The notes beneath the pieces were generated by a model, which saw nothing but the letters and a program-made list of their open reading frames with translations, searched no databases and was not told the origin of the DNA. Shown here one piece after another: positions 25,701-37,073 of a DNA stretch of 64,000 nt; the stretch's first letter is position 1, and the number at the start of each line of letters is the position of its first letter. This stretch comes from Xylographa opegraphella (taxonomy: Eukaryota): positions 1-64,000 of the forward strand of contig JALDZX010000034.1 in the NCBI GenBank assembly GCA_022813865.1, given 5' to 3'. The position numbers and the translations under genes were made by a program.

Positions 25701-28700
25701 AGTCTTCGAGAAGTTGTACTTAGTGTCAAGTCTCCATTGAGCCACGACCGGTTGCGGCGACTCAGAAAATTTAGACACAACTCGATGAACCAACGCTGGG
25801 ATGTTGAGACTGATCCGTAGCTCACTGACTACCTCGTTATCATGTTTGACAAAGGTGCATATCGGCTGTGGCCGAGCCTTGATGGCTTTTTCATATTGTA
25901 TAGCTTCAAGAGGTTCTTCGTAGGGATCGACCATGAGAGTTTGATTCTGCTTAGCCTTTCCCCTAGACTTCTTCGAAGATAACTCTGAAGCTTTCCAGCT
26001 GATAGTAGGAGTAGAAGGCGCGCAGCGCTGACAGACTGCTTGGCACTCGTGCCTCGGGGTTAAAGAGGCCTGCCAAGATGAAGAGAAACCCTCAAGATGA
26101 CGAACTCGTTCAGTTAACCATGTTGATGATGCAAAGATAATGCGCTCATTTGTATGATCGACCAACTTCCATTCCACCATAGAGACGTCAGGTGCTGCTC
26201 GGCAGGACATAAAAGTAATAGGAGGGGCCATACAATCCCTTGCCGCACCAATTTCGTGGGCAGCTTCGTTGGAAAGTACTGAAGAGGTTGCACCGCTCTC
26301 ACGTACAACGAGCAGACTGCCATCAGAGTCAACCCAGTATCCGTCGGCAGAACATTCAACTATCATCGCTGGAGGGTTTACGTCCTCTGGAGAAGTCGGA
26401 GATGGTAGAGGCCATGTTTTTGGGCGCCATTTCCTATCTATCCTTGCATCTGTTCCACGATTCTCACCGTAGTTCAGTCTGCGGTGGTTTGAAGCAAACA
26501 CGAATGTATCGAAGCCAGGCTCTCCAACTCGTTTTGGATCAAGGAAGAGATATTTTTGATTGTTTTCAGCAGTGATGCGCTTATGCAAGCAGCCAGTAGC
26601 CGTGCCGCAGTCCGGAAGGAAATCATATCGACCAGCGATGTCGACACCCCACTTCTGCAGTAGTTGTTCGTTCTCCGTCTCAACTATCCAAGATGAGGGC
26701 ACTGTTGATGATGAAGTGGTATAACGATCCATCAAACCAAGCCGCGATTCCCACGATTTCACTCGTTCTCCTGCACCGCTCAACTTGATTAGGAATCTCA
26801 ATGTCGCTGGCAAGCGTACCTGCCATGTTCCGGACGTAAGACTCCGACCATCTGTTTTCATACGTGCGATAGGAGCCTCCAAGAGCTTACGAAGTTTTGA
26901 GTTGCCAGGAAGTTCGGGATCAGCTTTTGCATACAGAAACCACTCTGGCTGAGAATTCGCTACCTCTAGCTCCAGTCTCGAGCATCTGCCTTCATACAAG
27001 AACTTCCAAATATCTGCCCGCCTTGACGAGTGGAAATAGTATTCATCTAGTAGTGCCTGATGGACAGCGAGATAATATTCGTCCCAGCTTTCAAGTGTGC
27101 CTTCGAAGGTGATGTGTGCATCAAGTAAAGTAACATCGAGTTCCTGGGTCAGGACAAGTCTCATCGGAAGTGCTTTTCTCATCAATTCAGAGAATTCGTT
27201 AGGTTGGATACGTGGATTATATACTGGGGTGTGTGGGTAGTTATGCTTGGGAATACCGGCGCATTTTCGGCAAGCTGTGTGAGAGCACTTTGTGCAAATG
27301 CGAATCTCAGATTTCGTGGTAGTGTCTTGTCCTTCGCAGACACAACGCCGAGCACTGAGACTGGCCATTTGACACAATTGGCTGACAGGGACTTCCTCTT
27401 CAGGACCGAAGTCGATCGGCATCTCAACCTGAAGGTAATCATCGTTTGGAAGCCCGTCATACAGCTGCTTTGTTGTGGCTCGGTCATCCACTTCCGATGG
27501 AACTGTCGGGATCGCATGGTGTGCTACAATAAGCGCACTGAGTATTGCCGCTCCGACCACGGTGGATGTCATCGCATTCCCTGCCAGATCCAGTAACTGG
27601 GCCGAGGTCTCGCTGGTGAGGTGTAGCTTGTCCACGGAGATTCCTTGCAGCGCGAGTGCCTCGGCGCCAACGATTGGCCCACCACGAGTCGTAGAGAATG
27701 GCATACCACTTGGTGTTACACATCCTGTCACTCCCCAGGCACCGTGGTTCATCCGGTCAATGTTTTGCGAAACGTCAGGATAACGAGCTTTGTAACCAGG
27801 GTCATAACCAAGAGAGGCTGCCTTCAGGTAATACAATTCGAAGAAATCCTTGATGCGATTCACCTGGTGTTTCATCCACTTGCCATTGCCATAATCAACC
27901 ATCTTCGACGGTCCGTTCTCAACCCAGTTTGTGAACGGTCTGCCGGTTCCCAGCTTATGTTCTTCCCGGTACTGAAGATGTCGAAGCTGGCACTTGGCCC
28001 ATTCGAAGGTTTTGTGGTCACTGCTTGAAGTGGCTTTGTTGATCTCGAAGGTCGCTCGATGGAGACGGGGATCAAGCTCATCGAAGAGGAACGCATCAAC
28101 AGGGGAGCTGGCCGGCCGCTCGAACTGTTTTACAACCTCGCACCACTTCCGAACTGCGACATTCGCCGTGGCTCCCAACGTTGTTTCGAGATCTATACAA
28201 AGCATATAGAACCGATTTCGGGTGTGGGGGATGTAAAAGTTCTTGGTATCGAGCTTGATGGCCTCCGCTGCATACCCAATCCGATTCCACTCCTCTTCGA
28301 CATCGGCCCAGGGCGCACCACAGATGTTCTCGAGAATGACGAGAGGTGGTCGATACTTGCCTGCATATGAGAGAATGGCGAACAAAGTGTCACCCGACTC
28401 GCCTCGCATGATGTTGTTGTACCCTGCAATGGTCTTCATAATCGTGGCCATTGCAGGTATCTTCAATGCTTTGGCGGCTATGTCATCACGGGTGACACCT
28501 TTGCCTCCTTTCCCTTTTGCAGGCGTGGTACGACCACCTGTGCGAGTGGACTTCTGCACGGGCTTGTTGGCGTCGGCTTCAGCGGCTTCGGCGGCTTCTC
28601 TCTTCATTGTCCCATCGAGTAAGCGCTGCCTTCGGCTCAGCTTGGAGAAGTCGACGCAAGCGAACCCAGCCACAAGCAAGTCCACTGCACCTCGGCCGGG

Positions 28701-29192
28701 TATGGAGGTTAGAGCTCCATATGCCGTACTTCTATAGCGGTGTCAGCTGTCTTCTTGAGATGTAATATAGTCGTGACTTACGCCACGTCATTCACGGCCA
28801 TTTCCCGGATGTCCCTGAAGATGATGTCGGTGTGGAAGTTCCGCTCGATGTATGCCTGCTTGAAGGCCACGATCTCGGCACTGAAGACGTGGTGGAAGCT
28901 GAAGCGGTACCCGCTTGCCTTAAGGGCTACGAAAGCATCAGTACTGTGTGGAGAGGATGAGAAGAACGCACTTACCATCCTGGACCATCTGAAGGGCCAG
29001 GATCGGGCTTTCGGTGCCGGAGCACATTGTCGCAACCTTGAGCCGGTGCGATCCTAGATGCACGAGGGCATCGCTGAACCCTGTTTCCAGGGCTTTGCCG
29101 GTGAGAGCGGCAAAGATGTCCGCGATCTCGTGCATCGGTCGCAGCTCTTGGTTGATGAAGCCCGAAGGCCCTTCAGCCGCACCATCGTCCAT
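22742..29192 (-). CDS. DNMT5: DNMT5: C5-cytosine DNA methyltransferase fused to SNF2 ATPase and RING-like finger; multi-exon
   Basis: MTase motifs: VATMCSGTESP (I), FSAEIVAFKQAYIERNF, LVAGFACVDFS (IV, catalytic Cys), VILENI (VI), YIPHTRNRFY (VIII), LAGNAM (X). SNF2 motifs: GGLLADKVGYGKT, IVVDEYTY, WILSGTP. RING-like CGHIRCQTC..CGVQGC. Helicase-C: LLFVQF, NLTNANHV, QAIGRARRFGQ. Confidence 0.93.
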
Positions 29193-29610
29193 GGTGGTCT
29201 GCTTTGAAGTAGGCGTTAGCGTTGACGAAATCGTAACCCCGCAGTAAGTGTTATCACAAGATGATGCTCCAAGGAAGGGGATTTTCCGGACGATGAGTCA
29301 GGATGAAATGATGTCGAGTGAGACTATTTGCAAAACCCACAGGTTATGCTCTTCGTCGAGTGCAAGGTGGAAGAGGGGAAGGTGAAGTTGAAGAGGGTGA
29401 GCTTGATGGTGGAGGGGAAGGAAGGTGGAGGCAAAGGTGAAGTGGAAGCAGGTGATGTTTGAAGATGGCCGAGGTGAAGAGAGAGCAGTGAAGAAACCGA
29501 AGGAAGTCGGGGCAGTGAATACGTACGTCCCGAGAGGCGACTCCCACGAGCCGGTCGCGGCACGAAGCGAAGGCTGGAATCTAGTCAGTACGACTAGAAT
29601 GTTCCTGATA

Positions 29611-29760
29611 AGAAGAGCGAGCTGTGAGAAGAGCGAGCTGTGAGAAGAGCGAGCTGTGAGAAGAGCGAGCTGTGAGAAGAGCGAGCTGTGAGAAGAGCGA
29701 GCTGTGAGAAGAGCGAGCTGTGAGAAGAGCGAGCTGTGAGAAGAGCGAGCTGTGAGAAGA
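29611..29760. repeat. Perfect minisatellite (AGAAGAGCGAGCTGTG) x9 plus partial copy
   Basis: Nine identical 16-bp units at 29611-29754, then AGAAGA; ~420 bp upstream of the DNMT5 ATG. Confidence 0.97.
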
Positions 29761-29808
29761 GAGATGTGGGGAGAGATGAAGTTGTGATCGGGGTGCAGAG
29801 GAGAGAGC

Positions 29809-29850
<42 letters not shown>
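29809..29850. repeat. Compound microsatellite (GT)n(GA)n
   Basis: Directly visible dinucleotide runs. Confidence 0.95.
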
Positions 29851-29853
<3 letters not shown>

Positions 29854-31299
29854 GTGAGATGTGATAAAAGTGCTAGTGTTTGTGCGGGAGGTCCGTGCTT
29901 ACAGGCCTAGTGACAGCCCAGCTGGGAGCTGGTTGCACCTTGCGTGCTGTATCATGGTCAGTGATGCTAATAGTTGACAATTCGCTACAGCATAATCAGG
30001 TACCTCCGCTCCTTGCCACGACGGCTTCCACGACCCGCCATCCTCAGCTTTTCGATTATCTGTATCAAAGCATGAGCATCGAGTCTCGCGTTCACCGAAC
30101 TGTACCAGCTCAAGGCATAGAAGACCTACATATATGTATATATAAGTATATATATATATATACTTATATATGTCGAAAAGAAAGAAAAAGGACAACGCCG
30201 GAGGAACACTAGCCAGTAGTTAGCAAGAGAACAACGCATATTGTCATGGCGATGATGTTGACGGAGATACTCAGGACATCACAGGTATCAGGGGCTGCGT
30301 GTATGCTGCGAAGATGATCTGAAGAAGTACTCTTGACTTGCGAATGGGGCATCGGAATAACGTGAGCGCAAGATGAGTGGAACAAAAACAAGCCGGCCAT
30401 AACACCGAAGCAAAGAGAGAGAGTCGGACGGCTTACCCAAAGAAAAGACACGGCCAAGATGTGCATCATATATACCAGGCGAGAAGGCGATCTCGAAGAC
30501 TCGAAGCCGCCGGCGTGAAGAACTGTCGTGCAGGGATACGCGGGCGCCAAACCGTTCTTGGTCTACGGCGAAATAGTTCCCGGAGAAATGACGTATGCGC
30601 ATGCTCGAGGCCGACACGCGTATATTCAGGAACAAGAAGAAGGAGGTCGAGAGATAGAGAAAGCTCTCATCGTAATAGTGGGAAGTAGAAGAGAAGAGTT
30701 GAGGCGCAGGATGCGAGACATGTGCGGTACTCAGAGCAGTATAGGGACCTCCATCGTTGATCCATATGCTTCAGAGTTCCTTTCTTCGGTGTTGAGCAAT
30801 CGATGCCAGGATATAGGTGTCCGAACACAACAAGAAGTACGAGGCCGAAAGACAGAGGCATCTCTCGTCGTACTCGAGGAAGGAGAATGGGGACGAGACG
30901 TGTGTCATAGCTGAAGCAGTAATGTGACCTTCGTCGGTGATCTATACGGTTCAGCGCTCCGTTTTTTGGTGTTGTGCAAGCAAGACCGGGATGCGGATAT
31001 CGAGAAAGAACAAGGCGTATAAGGTCGAAGTATGGAGACGTGTTTCATCGTATCCGAGAAAGGTGCATGGGTACCAGACGTGTATGATAGCTAAAACAGT
31101 AACGTGACCCACAACGATCATCCATGCGTCCAAATCACTGCTCCCAGTGGTTGTGTGGGCTTTGAGCTATAGTGTTGGTATGCGTCAAGCTATGTGATGT
31201 AGAAGAATTGGCTTGTGGTCTGCGGGAGATATGGGTTCGGCGGAACGAGGTCGTTCTTTCCACCGTGTCCATGCAGCTTCAGACGAGCGGCGACCCTCG

Positions 31300-32000
31300 G
31301 TGTCCATCAGAGCTGGATGATTGCACGAATGCTCCTTTCGTTGTCGCCCAGGTGTAAGAATGGAGATGGTCGATGAGGTTGTCCATAAGTGGAGAGATGT
31401 ATGAATGGAGAGAAGTCTGTTACGAGCCGACTTGCCCACTCCGCTTCAAGGAGTTGGCCGCTTGTGGACTGTAAGAGGAATGTATTCTGTGGAGCGAGGT
31501 TGTCCGTTACTCCCGGTGCGGCTCTGGACGAGCTACAATCGTCGATGCCAGTCAGAGTATGGTATGACTGCTTCCTTTGCTCTGGTCAAGGTGTAAGAAC
31601 GAAAACTTTCGAGGAGGATAAATTGAAGTAGCGAGAAGTTTGAATGGAGAAAAGTCTGCGTGGAGAGAAGTATGAGAGAAGACATGTATGAGAGGAGACA
31701 TGTATGAGTGGAGAGAGAAGTCTGCTACTAGCCGACGCGCCGCCTCCGTTCTAAGGAGTTGACCCCTTGTGGCCTGTGAGAGAAGTGTGTTCTGCGAAGC
31801 AAGGCTGTCTGTCACTCCGGGTATCTATGCGGCTTCGAAAGAGCTACGATTCTCAATGCCGATCGAGTATGGTATGGACGCTGCTCTTGTGCTGGTCCAG
31901 GTGTAAGATTGGAGACCTTTGAGGAGGATGACTTGAAGTGACGAGAAGTGTGTCACTGTTCGACGTGCAGACTTTGTTCTAAGGAGCTGGCCTCTCGATG
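31300..32000. repeat. Diverged tandem repeat, ~240-300-bp unit (2 full + 2 partial copies)
   Basis: 31407-31640 and 31711-31950 align end to end (gagagaagtctg..agccgac..aaggagttg..cttgtgg..gagctac..gagtatggtatg..aggtgtaaga..gaggaggat..ttgaagt..gagaagt). Partial matches at ~31345-31395 and ~31975-31995. Confidence 0.75.
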
Positions 32001-33235
32001 AGGGATGACCAACAGTCCCAAGTCCGGTTTGTGTAAGAGCAACAGTCGAAAAGCAGCCCCGTGTTAGTTAAACGTCGGTAGTGATTGCGGGTTTAGACTC
32101 TTTTCCACGATCACTGCTGGAAAGGAGGCCAATCCTGTGGTTCTCGCACAAGCAGTTGCAAGCACCGAGGTGATCTTAGGTGTTGTTTGCTTCTACGGTC
32201 GGGGTCTGTACTCCTCGAATTTTCTCTCTGGCTGAACGATGAGACTGCTGAAGCTCTGAATGATGAGAGTTAGGTTTTGCGGAGCCACACTGTGGTTGTT
32301 CAGGCCTCGGCCTCCGAGGATGATGATGAGAGGCTTTATACTCTCTTTGAGGGGACTCGGGTTGATGACTGGTTCTTTACTGACCTTGAAAGCAGTCGAC
32401 GTTTTAACTCTGTGAACTGGAAAGAAGGAGTGGCGTGTGCTCAGATTCCCATCTGCAGAGCTTCCGTGCTGTGATGTGGATGGACGGTCAAGCATTATGA
32501 AGATGAAGTTGGATTGTCTTGCGGTGTGATCACAGTGCGAGGGTGAAGGACACCTGGGGAAGGTGAAGAACGTCAGGGAAAGACGTGAAGGCCGAGGAAC
32601 AACCTGAGCATCCCCCCTCGGTTCTGCCGCACTAAAACATGAAGACGTTTGCGGCAGTCCCACTATGACTGGCATCACAGGATGGCTTGAATACATTGCG
32701 GCTGAGCAGACTCTCCCTACGAGCGTGGCTTGCTTCCAAAGCGGCACATTCGATCATTCTTGCCCCCTAGGCTATGCTACTTATTCTCACGATTCGCTTT
32801 CCGCAACCCATAGCTGGACGACCTCACGAAACAGGGTCGCTAGATCATAGTCGCAACGATACTGCTTCCTATGATCTGCATTACGGACGTATTTTACCGA
32901 GTGCTCAAACAAAACGATGGAGGCAACGTTGCTGGCTACGCTGAACGTTACGTATAAAGGGCCCACCACGGATCGAAACGGCACTACGTTGAAGTGTTTG
33001 ACTGCAGTCGGCCACAAGTCATGTAATTTTGACTATCTGACATATCCATTACCCATCTACCACACAACGTCGACTCCTTTCTGTTTGCCTCGTCCCAATC
33101 TGGGATAACCCTAAACGCTAGTTAAGCGCGTTTGCTTGTAAACGCCATACACGCGAGGAATCCGGTCAAGAGACTGCGATATGAATTGTCCAGTCTTCGA
33201 GTGTAACACAGCTGGTCAAGAATCCGTCAATCACC

Positions 33236-34421
33236 ATGACCACGACCAGTGCAACTCCCAATACAGACAACTCTTTCGTTGATCTCTCCGGCGTCTCTGT
33301 GACCACCGCCAACCCTTACGACGCATTGATTGCGGCTTCGCACGACGATTGTGTAAGTCTATGTGGGGGAGTTAAGTTATTGAATCCATTGTGTAGTTCG
33401 TGTTACGATGACTGTACCATATTGTTGACAGGGCGGTTAAACGGTGGTATATGTTAAGAGTCACTGCCATACGCAATCAGGACAATCCGTTCGATATTAT
33501 TGCTGATGACTTTGAAAGGCCGAGATCCAGAAGCGCTATCAGGCGCATCGTATCGCAAGGAATGAACAGCAGCGAGCAAAATTGCTTGCACCCGACTTCT
33601 CCGAGGTCTCTATCGATCCGGTACTCTATCAGCTGGAGAATCCAAGCATGTTTCCTACCTTTCAAGATCCGCGGCACTGCTTGGTCTTTTGGGCTCGTCC
33701 TACGCAGTCTATCAGAGATCTTGTGCAAACTATTCAGCAAAGACTATGTGATGCAGCACCACGTCAGATCCATTGCCCTCCGTTCAACGTTTGATACTTA
33801 TGATCAACAGACCTCTGGCTTATGCCTGCTCACTGTCTACATATGACTACCCTTGAAATTACCCACTCACTAACAGCACCTGCTATTGAGGCGCTTGTGA
33901 AGGCTCTATCACCAAGTGCCAAATTGATCACCGATTATACCTCGAGTCATCGGGCGAGGCTGGTAAAGCCGATGATCAGCTTCGACAGCTCGGCCATAGC
34001 CTTGAGCTTTGTGCCTGCTTCAGGCGAGGTTGTGGCTGGGTTGGAGAACCATGATGATTCTTATACATACCATCATCTTCGCCACGACATCTATAGTCTG
34101 AGCAAGTCTGCAGGCGTCACAGTCGCATCGAGATACACCGTGCCGTCAGCTCACCTGACAATTGCTCGATTTGTCACCCAGGAGGATTTTCTTGGTAGAG
34201 AGGCTGGTACTCTCACATACGATCCTCGCAAAATGAAGAGCTTGGTCGAAGCCATCGAGTCTATCAACAATTGGCTGGTGGAGAATTACTGGCCGAAAGC
34301 AGACAATAGTATCCCTGAACGTGGCCAGTGGATTGTGGGACAAGAAAAAGGACTGGATTTCCGGAAAGGTACCTTATGGTATGGCGGAGGCGAAACAGTG
34401 CAATTGGGTACAGGCGCTTGA
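33236..34421 (+). CDS. 2H phosphoesterase (RNA ligase/cyclic phosphodiesterase-like) family protein; 3 exons
   Basis: Two HxT motifs (LHMTTLE, AHLTIAR), DPRHCLVFWARP, ARLVKPMISFD and C-terminal GLDFRKGTLWYGGG. Confidence 0.8.
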
Positions 34422-34846
34422 TTTCCACTGGACAAGCGACTACACAATGAAGCAGATTGCTGCGTATTAGACTCTATTGGTGGTATGGGAGGTGACAAGA
34501 AAAAGGCACACTCGGTGGTCGAGACAATAATAGATTAGTAGATTTTGAATCAGCGGAGTTCAAGTCCTCGAGATCGAAGCCAGATAGGAGGGCCTGTGTA
34601 TGAGTATTTCAGCCTCCATGTTAACATACGGTTCATGGTCATATCAAGCATTGCGGCAAACTATGCAGCGAGTCTATGGCCCTGAACGTTGTTTTACCGC
34701 GGTCTGGCTGTAGAGAAACTCCTCATTCGGGAGAGCGCGCTAGTGCCGATTAGTGCTTAGCAATCCCACATTCGCGATCTTTCAACCACCAACGACAAGA
34801 CCAAATTACATGCTCGCCTCTCTGTAACGCGCCAGATCTTGTCAAG

Positions 34847-35686
34847 ATGGTGAGTCTGTTCCTTGATGTGTCGTCAGTGATCTGTACATCTCCTACTGGA
34901 CTGTGTCGTGCGCCTCGCCGTGGTTATGACATGGCGGCGAAGGAGGATCAACTTCTGTCGAAGCTCTACTGGAATGCAGCCGAACCATCTTACATGTACT
35001 TGACCGACGGGAGGGATCAAGAAGAGGTGTCATCAAGGCCGCCTACCAAAATATTCCTACGGCCAAAATGAACTTTTGTCAATTTGGAGGAATGACGTCC
35101 CGTTCTACATCTTATATCGAAGCTCGAACGATGCGCAATCTATCGCCATGCCCATTAAAGCAGGTTGCAGAATCTCTGCGTGTTGTGACTCAGGATGTAA
35201 CAGCGGCTTGGACCAAAAATGCTGATAGATACTTCTTACTAGGTCAACGTTCCCAAAACTCGAAAGACCTACTGCAAGGGCAAGGACTGCAAGAAGCATA
35301 CTCAACACAAAGTCACCCAATACAAGGCTGGAAAGGTGAGCCAACGACCTGATTCCTATCTCTCGATCTAGGCTTGGCGCTTACGGTATTTCTTTATAGG
35401 CATCCACAGTGGCACAAGGGAAGCGACGGTATGATCGCAAACAGTCAGGATACGGTGGTCAGACAAAGCCCGTGTTCCACAAGAAGGCGAAGACAACGAA
35501 GAAGGTCGTCCTGAGATTGGAGTGCACGAGTTGCAAAACGAAGGCACAATTAGCGTTGAAGCGATGCAAACACTTCGAGCTCGGGTATGTGCACCTTTGC
35601 GCCGGCGGCTTCGCCACAACTTCCAGGATACTGACTATGGCATTAGGGGTGACAAGAAGACAAAGGGTGCTGCTCTGGTGTTCTAG
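34847..35686 (+). CDS. RPL42: 60S ribosomal protein eL42 (L42/L44); 4 exons, first exon is ATG only
   Basis: [93 protein letters not shown]. Confidence 0.97.
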
Positions 35687-36268
35687 ATGGAATGGTTATT
35701 TTTCTTGCCGGGATGGCTTTGTCTATGATCTTGCTACGATAGTAATCATACCAACCTCGTCCACATCTTCGTTCAGACCTTGGTCCTTGCGAGTGAGCCT
35801 GCATGTAAATACAAGCCTGGTCCTTCGCGTTCCAGTGTCGGATGAATCCGATTATCGAGATATTCCGAGACATAGTATATGGTCGAAATACTATTATACC
35901 CACCTTCTGTCTCAATCCACATGGAAGACCCCTTTGATAGATCACAAGATATGTATCACAAATGTTCGGTAGCCTTACTCAACCTTGCCAGATTCACTCA
36001 GCCGGCACATTGGGTTCAAGCGCTGCTGCACAGCGGTGATGGTTCATACGTATTTTAGATAGAAGCCTCGGCATCGCTGATCTAAGTCTGTTATACTGTC
36101 TCCGCCTCCGCATCTAGACCAACCCTCTGCACAGCTCTCAGCACCTACTTTATAATAACCTCCTCTCCGTCATTCGTAAACACCCCTTCCCTCTTCCCTC
36201 TTCCCTCCCTCCCTCTCTCCACTCCCAACCCCAACCTCCAACCCGTCCCCCCCACTCCAAGGAGCACA

Positions 36269-36310
36269 TCAACCCCTCAACCCCTCAACCCCTCAACCCC
36301 TCAACCCCTC
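36269..36310. repeat. (TCAACCCC) x5 in the 5' leader of the cytochrome b5-like gene
   Basis: Five perfect 8-mers within a C-rich tract. Confidence 0.9.
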
Positions 36311-36347
36311 CCACTCCCACCACCAATCCCCCAAAGCAACCAACCCA

Positions 36348-36852
36348 ATGTCCAAACCAATCTCAGCCTCCGACCTCTCCGCGCACAACAGCCTCGACAC
36401 GGGCCTCTACATCGCCATCGACGGCGGCGTCTACGACATGACGGGCTTCGTGGACGAGCACCCCGGCGGGGCGAAGATCCTGAAGCGCGTGGGCGGGAAG
36501 GATGCCAGTAAGCAGTTTTGGAAGGTGGGTGGTTTTTTTCTTAGTTTGAAGGTGTATGGGAACTGGGGGTGAGGAGGCAATTTGAGAGCATGGCTTAGGA
36601 GGGATCTGGAGGGGGGATGCGGAGTCGGAGGGAAGAGAGGAGGGGGAGGGGGCAGGCTGGGAATCGAAACCTATGACAGATGATGTCTCTTATATAGGAG
36701 AAACGAAGGCGATGCTTGTGTGAAGAACAGGGTGGAGAATGAGTGGGAGCGTGCTAACGTCTGTGCGCCCTCAGTATCACAACGAAGGTGTGCTGCGGAA
36801 GTACCAAGAGCGGCTGAAGATCGGAACGCTCGAGGAGAAAGCGAGGCTATAG
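36348..36852 (+). CDS. Small cytochrome b5-like heme-binding protein with C-terminal PTS1 (ARL); exons 36348-36524, 36775-36852
   Basis: YIAIDGGVYDMTGFVDEHPGGAKILKRVGGKDASKQFWK|YHNEGVLRKYQERLKIGTLEEKARL*; both heme-ligand His residues present. Confidence 0.9.
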
Positions 36853-37073
36853 CCGTGCAACGTATCGTTCGAGATGAAGAACGTTATACGTGTATCAGAG
36901 GAAGACGTGCCGCCTAAAGTGAGTGCTGGAAGAGGTTGATCATGAGCTGTCCAACGAGATATATGAAGACTTTAGATCTTGTACATTGACGGGACCTCTC
37001 GATCAGGAGAGACGTCCCTGATATCTAAATGTAAATGTCTATTAATGCGTAAAAGGCAAACCCGGAACGCGGT

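Noticed and set aside
29611..29760. Possible CRISPR-like array
   Set aside because: No spacers (pure tandem repeat), eukaryotic context and no cas genes.
30138..30171. 34-bp perfect AT palindrome
   Set aside because: Mostly a (TA)n microsatellite, which is self-complementary by nature; no transposon termini.
33106..33114. TAACCCTAA, matching a Pezizomycotina telomerase RNA template
   Set aside because: It lies ~120 bp before a protein-coding ATG on the same strand, so a ~2-kb TER would overlap that gene. At most a telobox promoter element.
34850..35242. Long first intron of RPL42 as snoRNA host
   Set aside because: No C/D or H/ACA boxes recognised; long first introns are ordinary in ribosomal protein genes.
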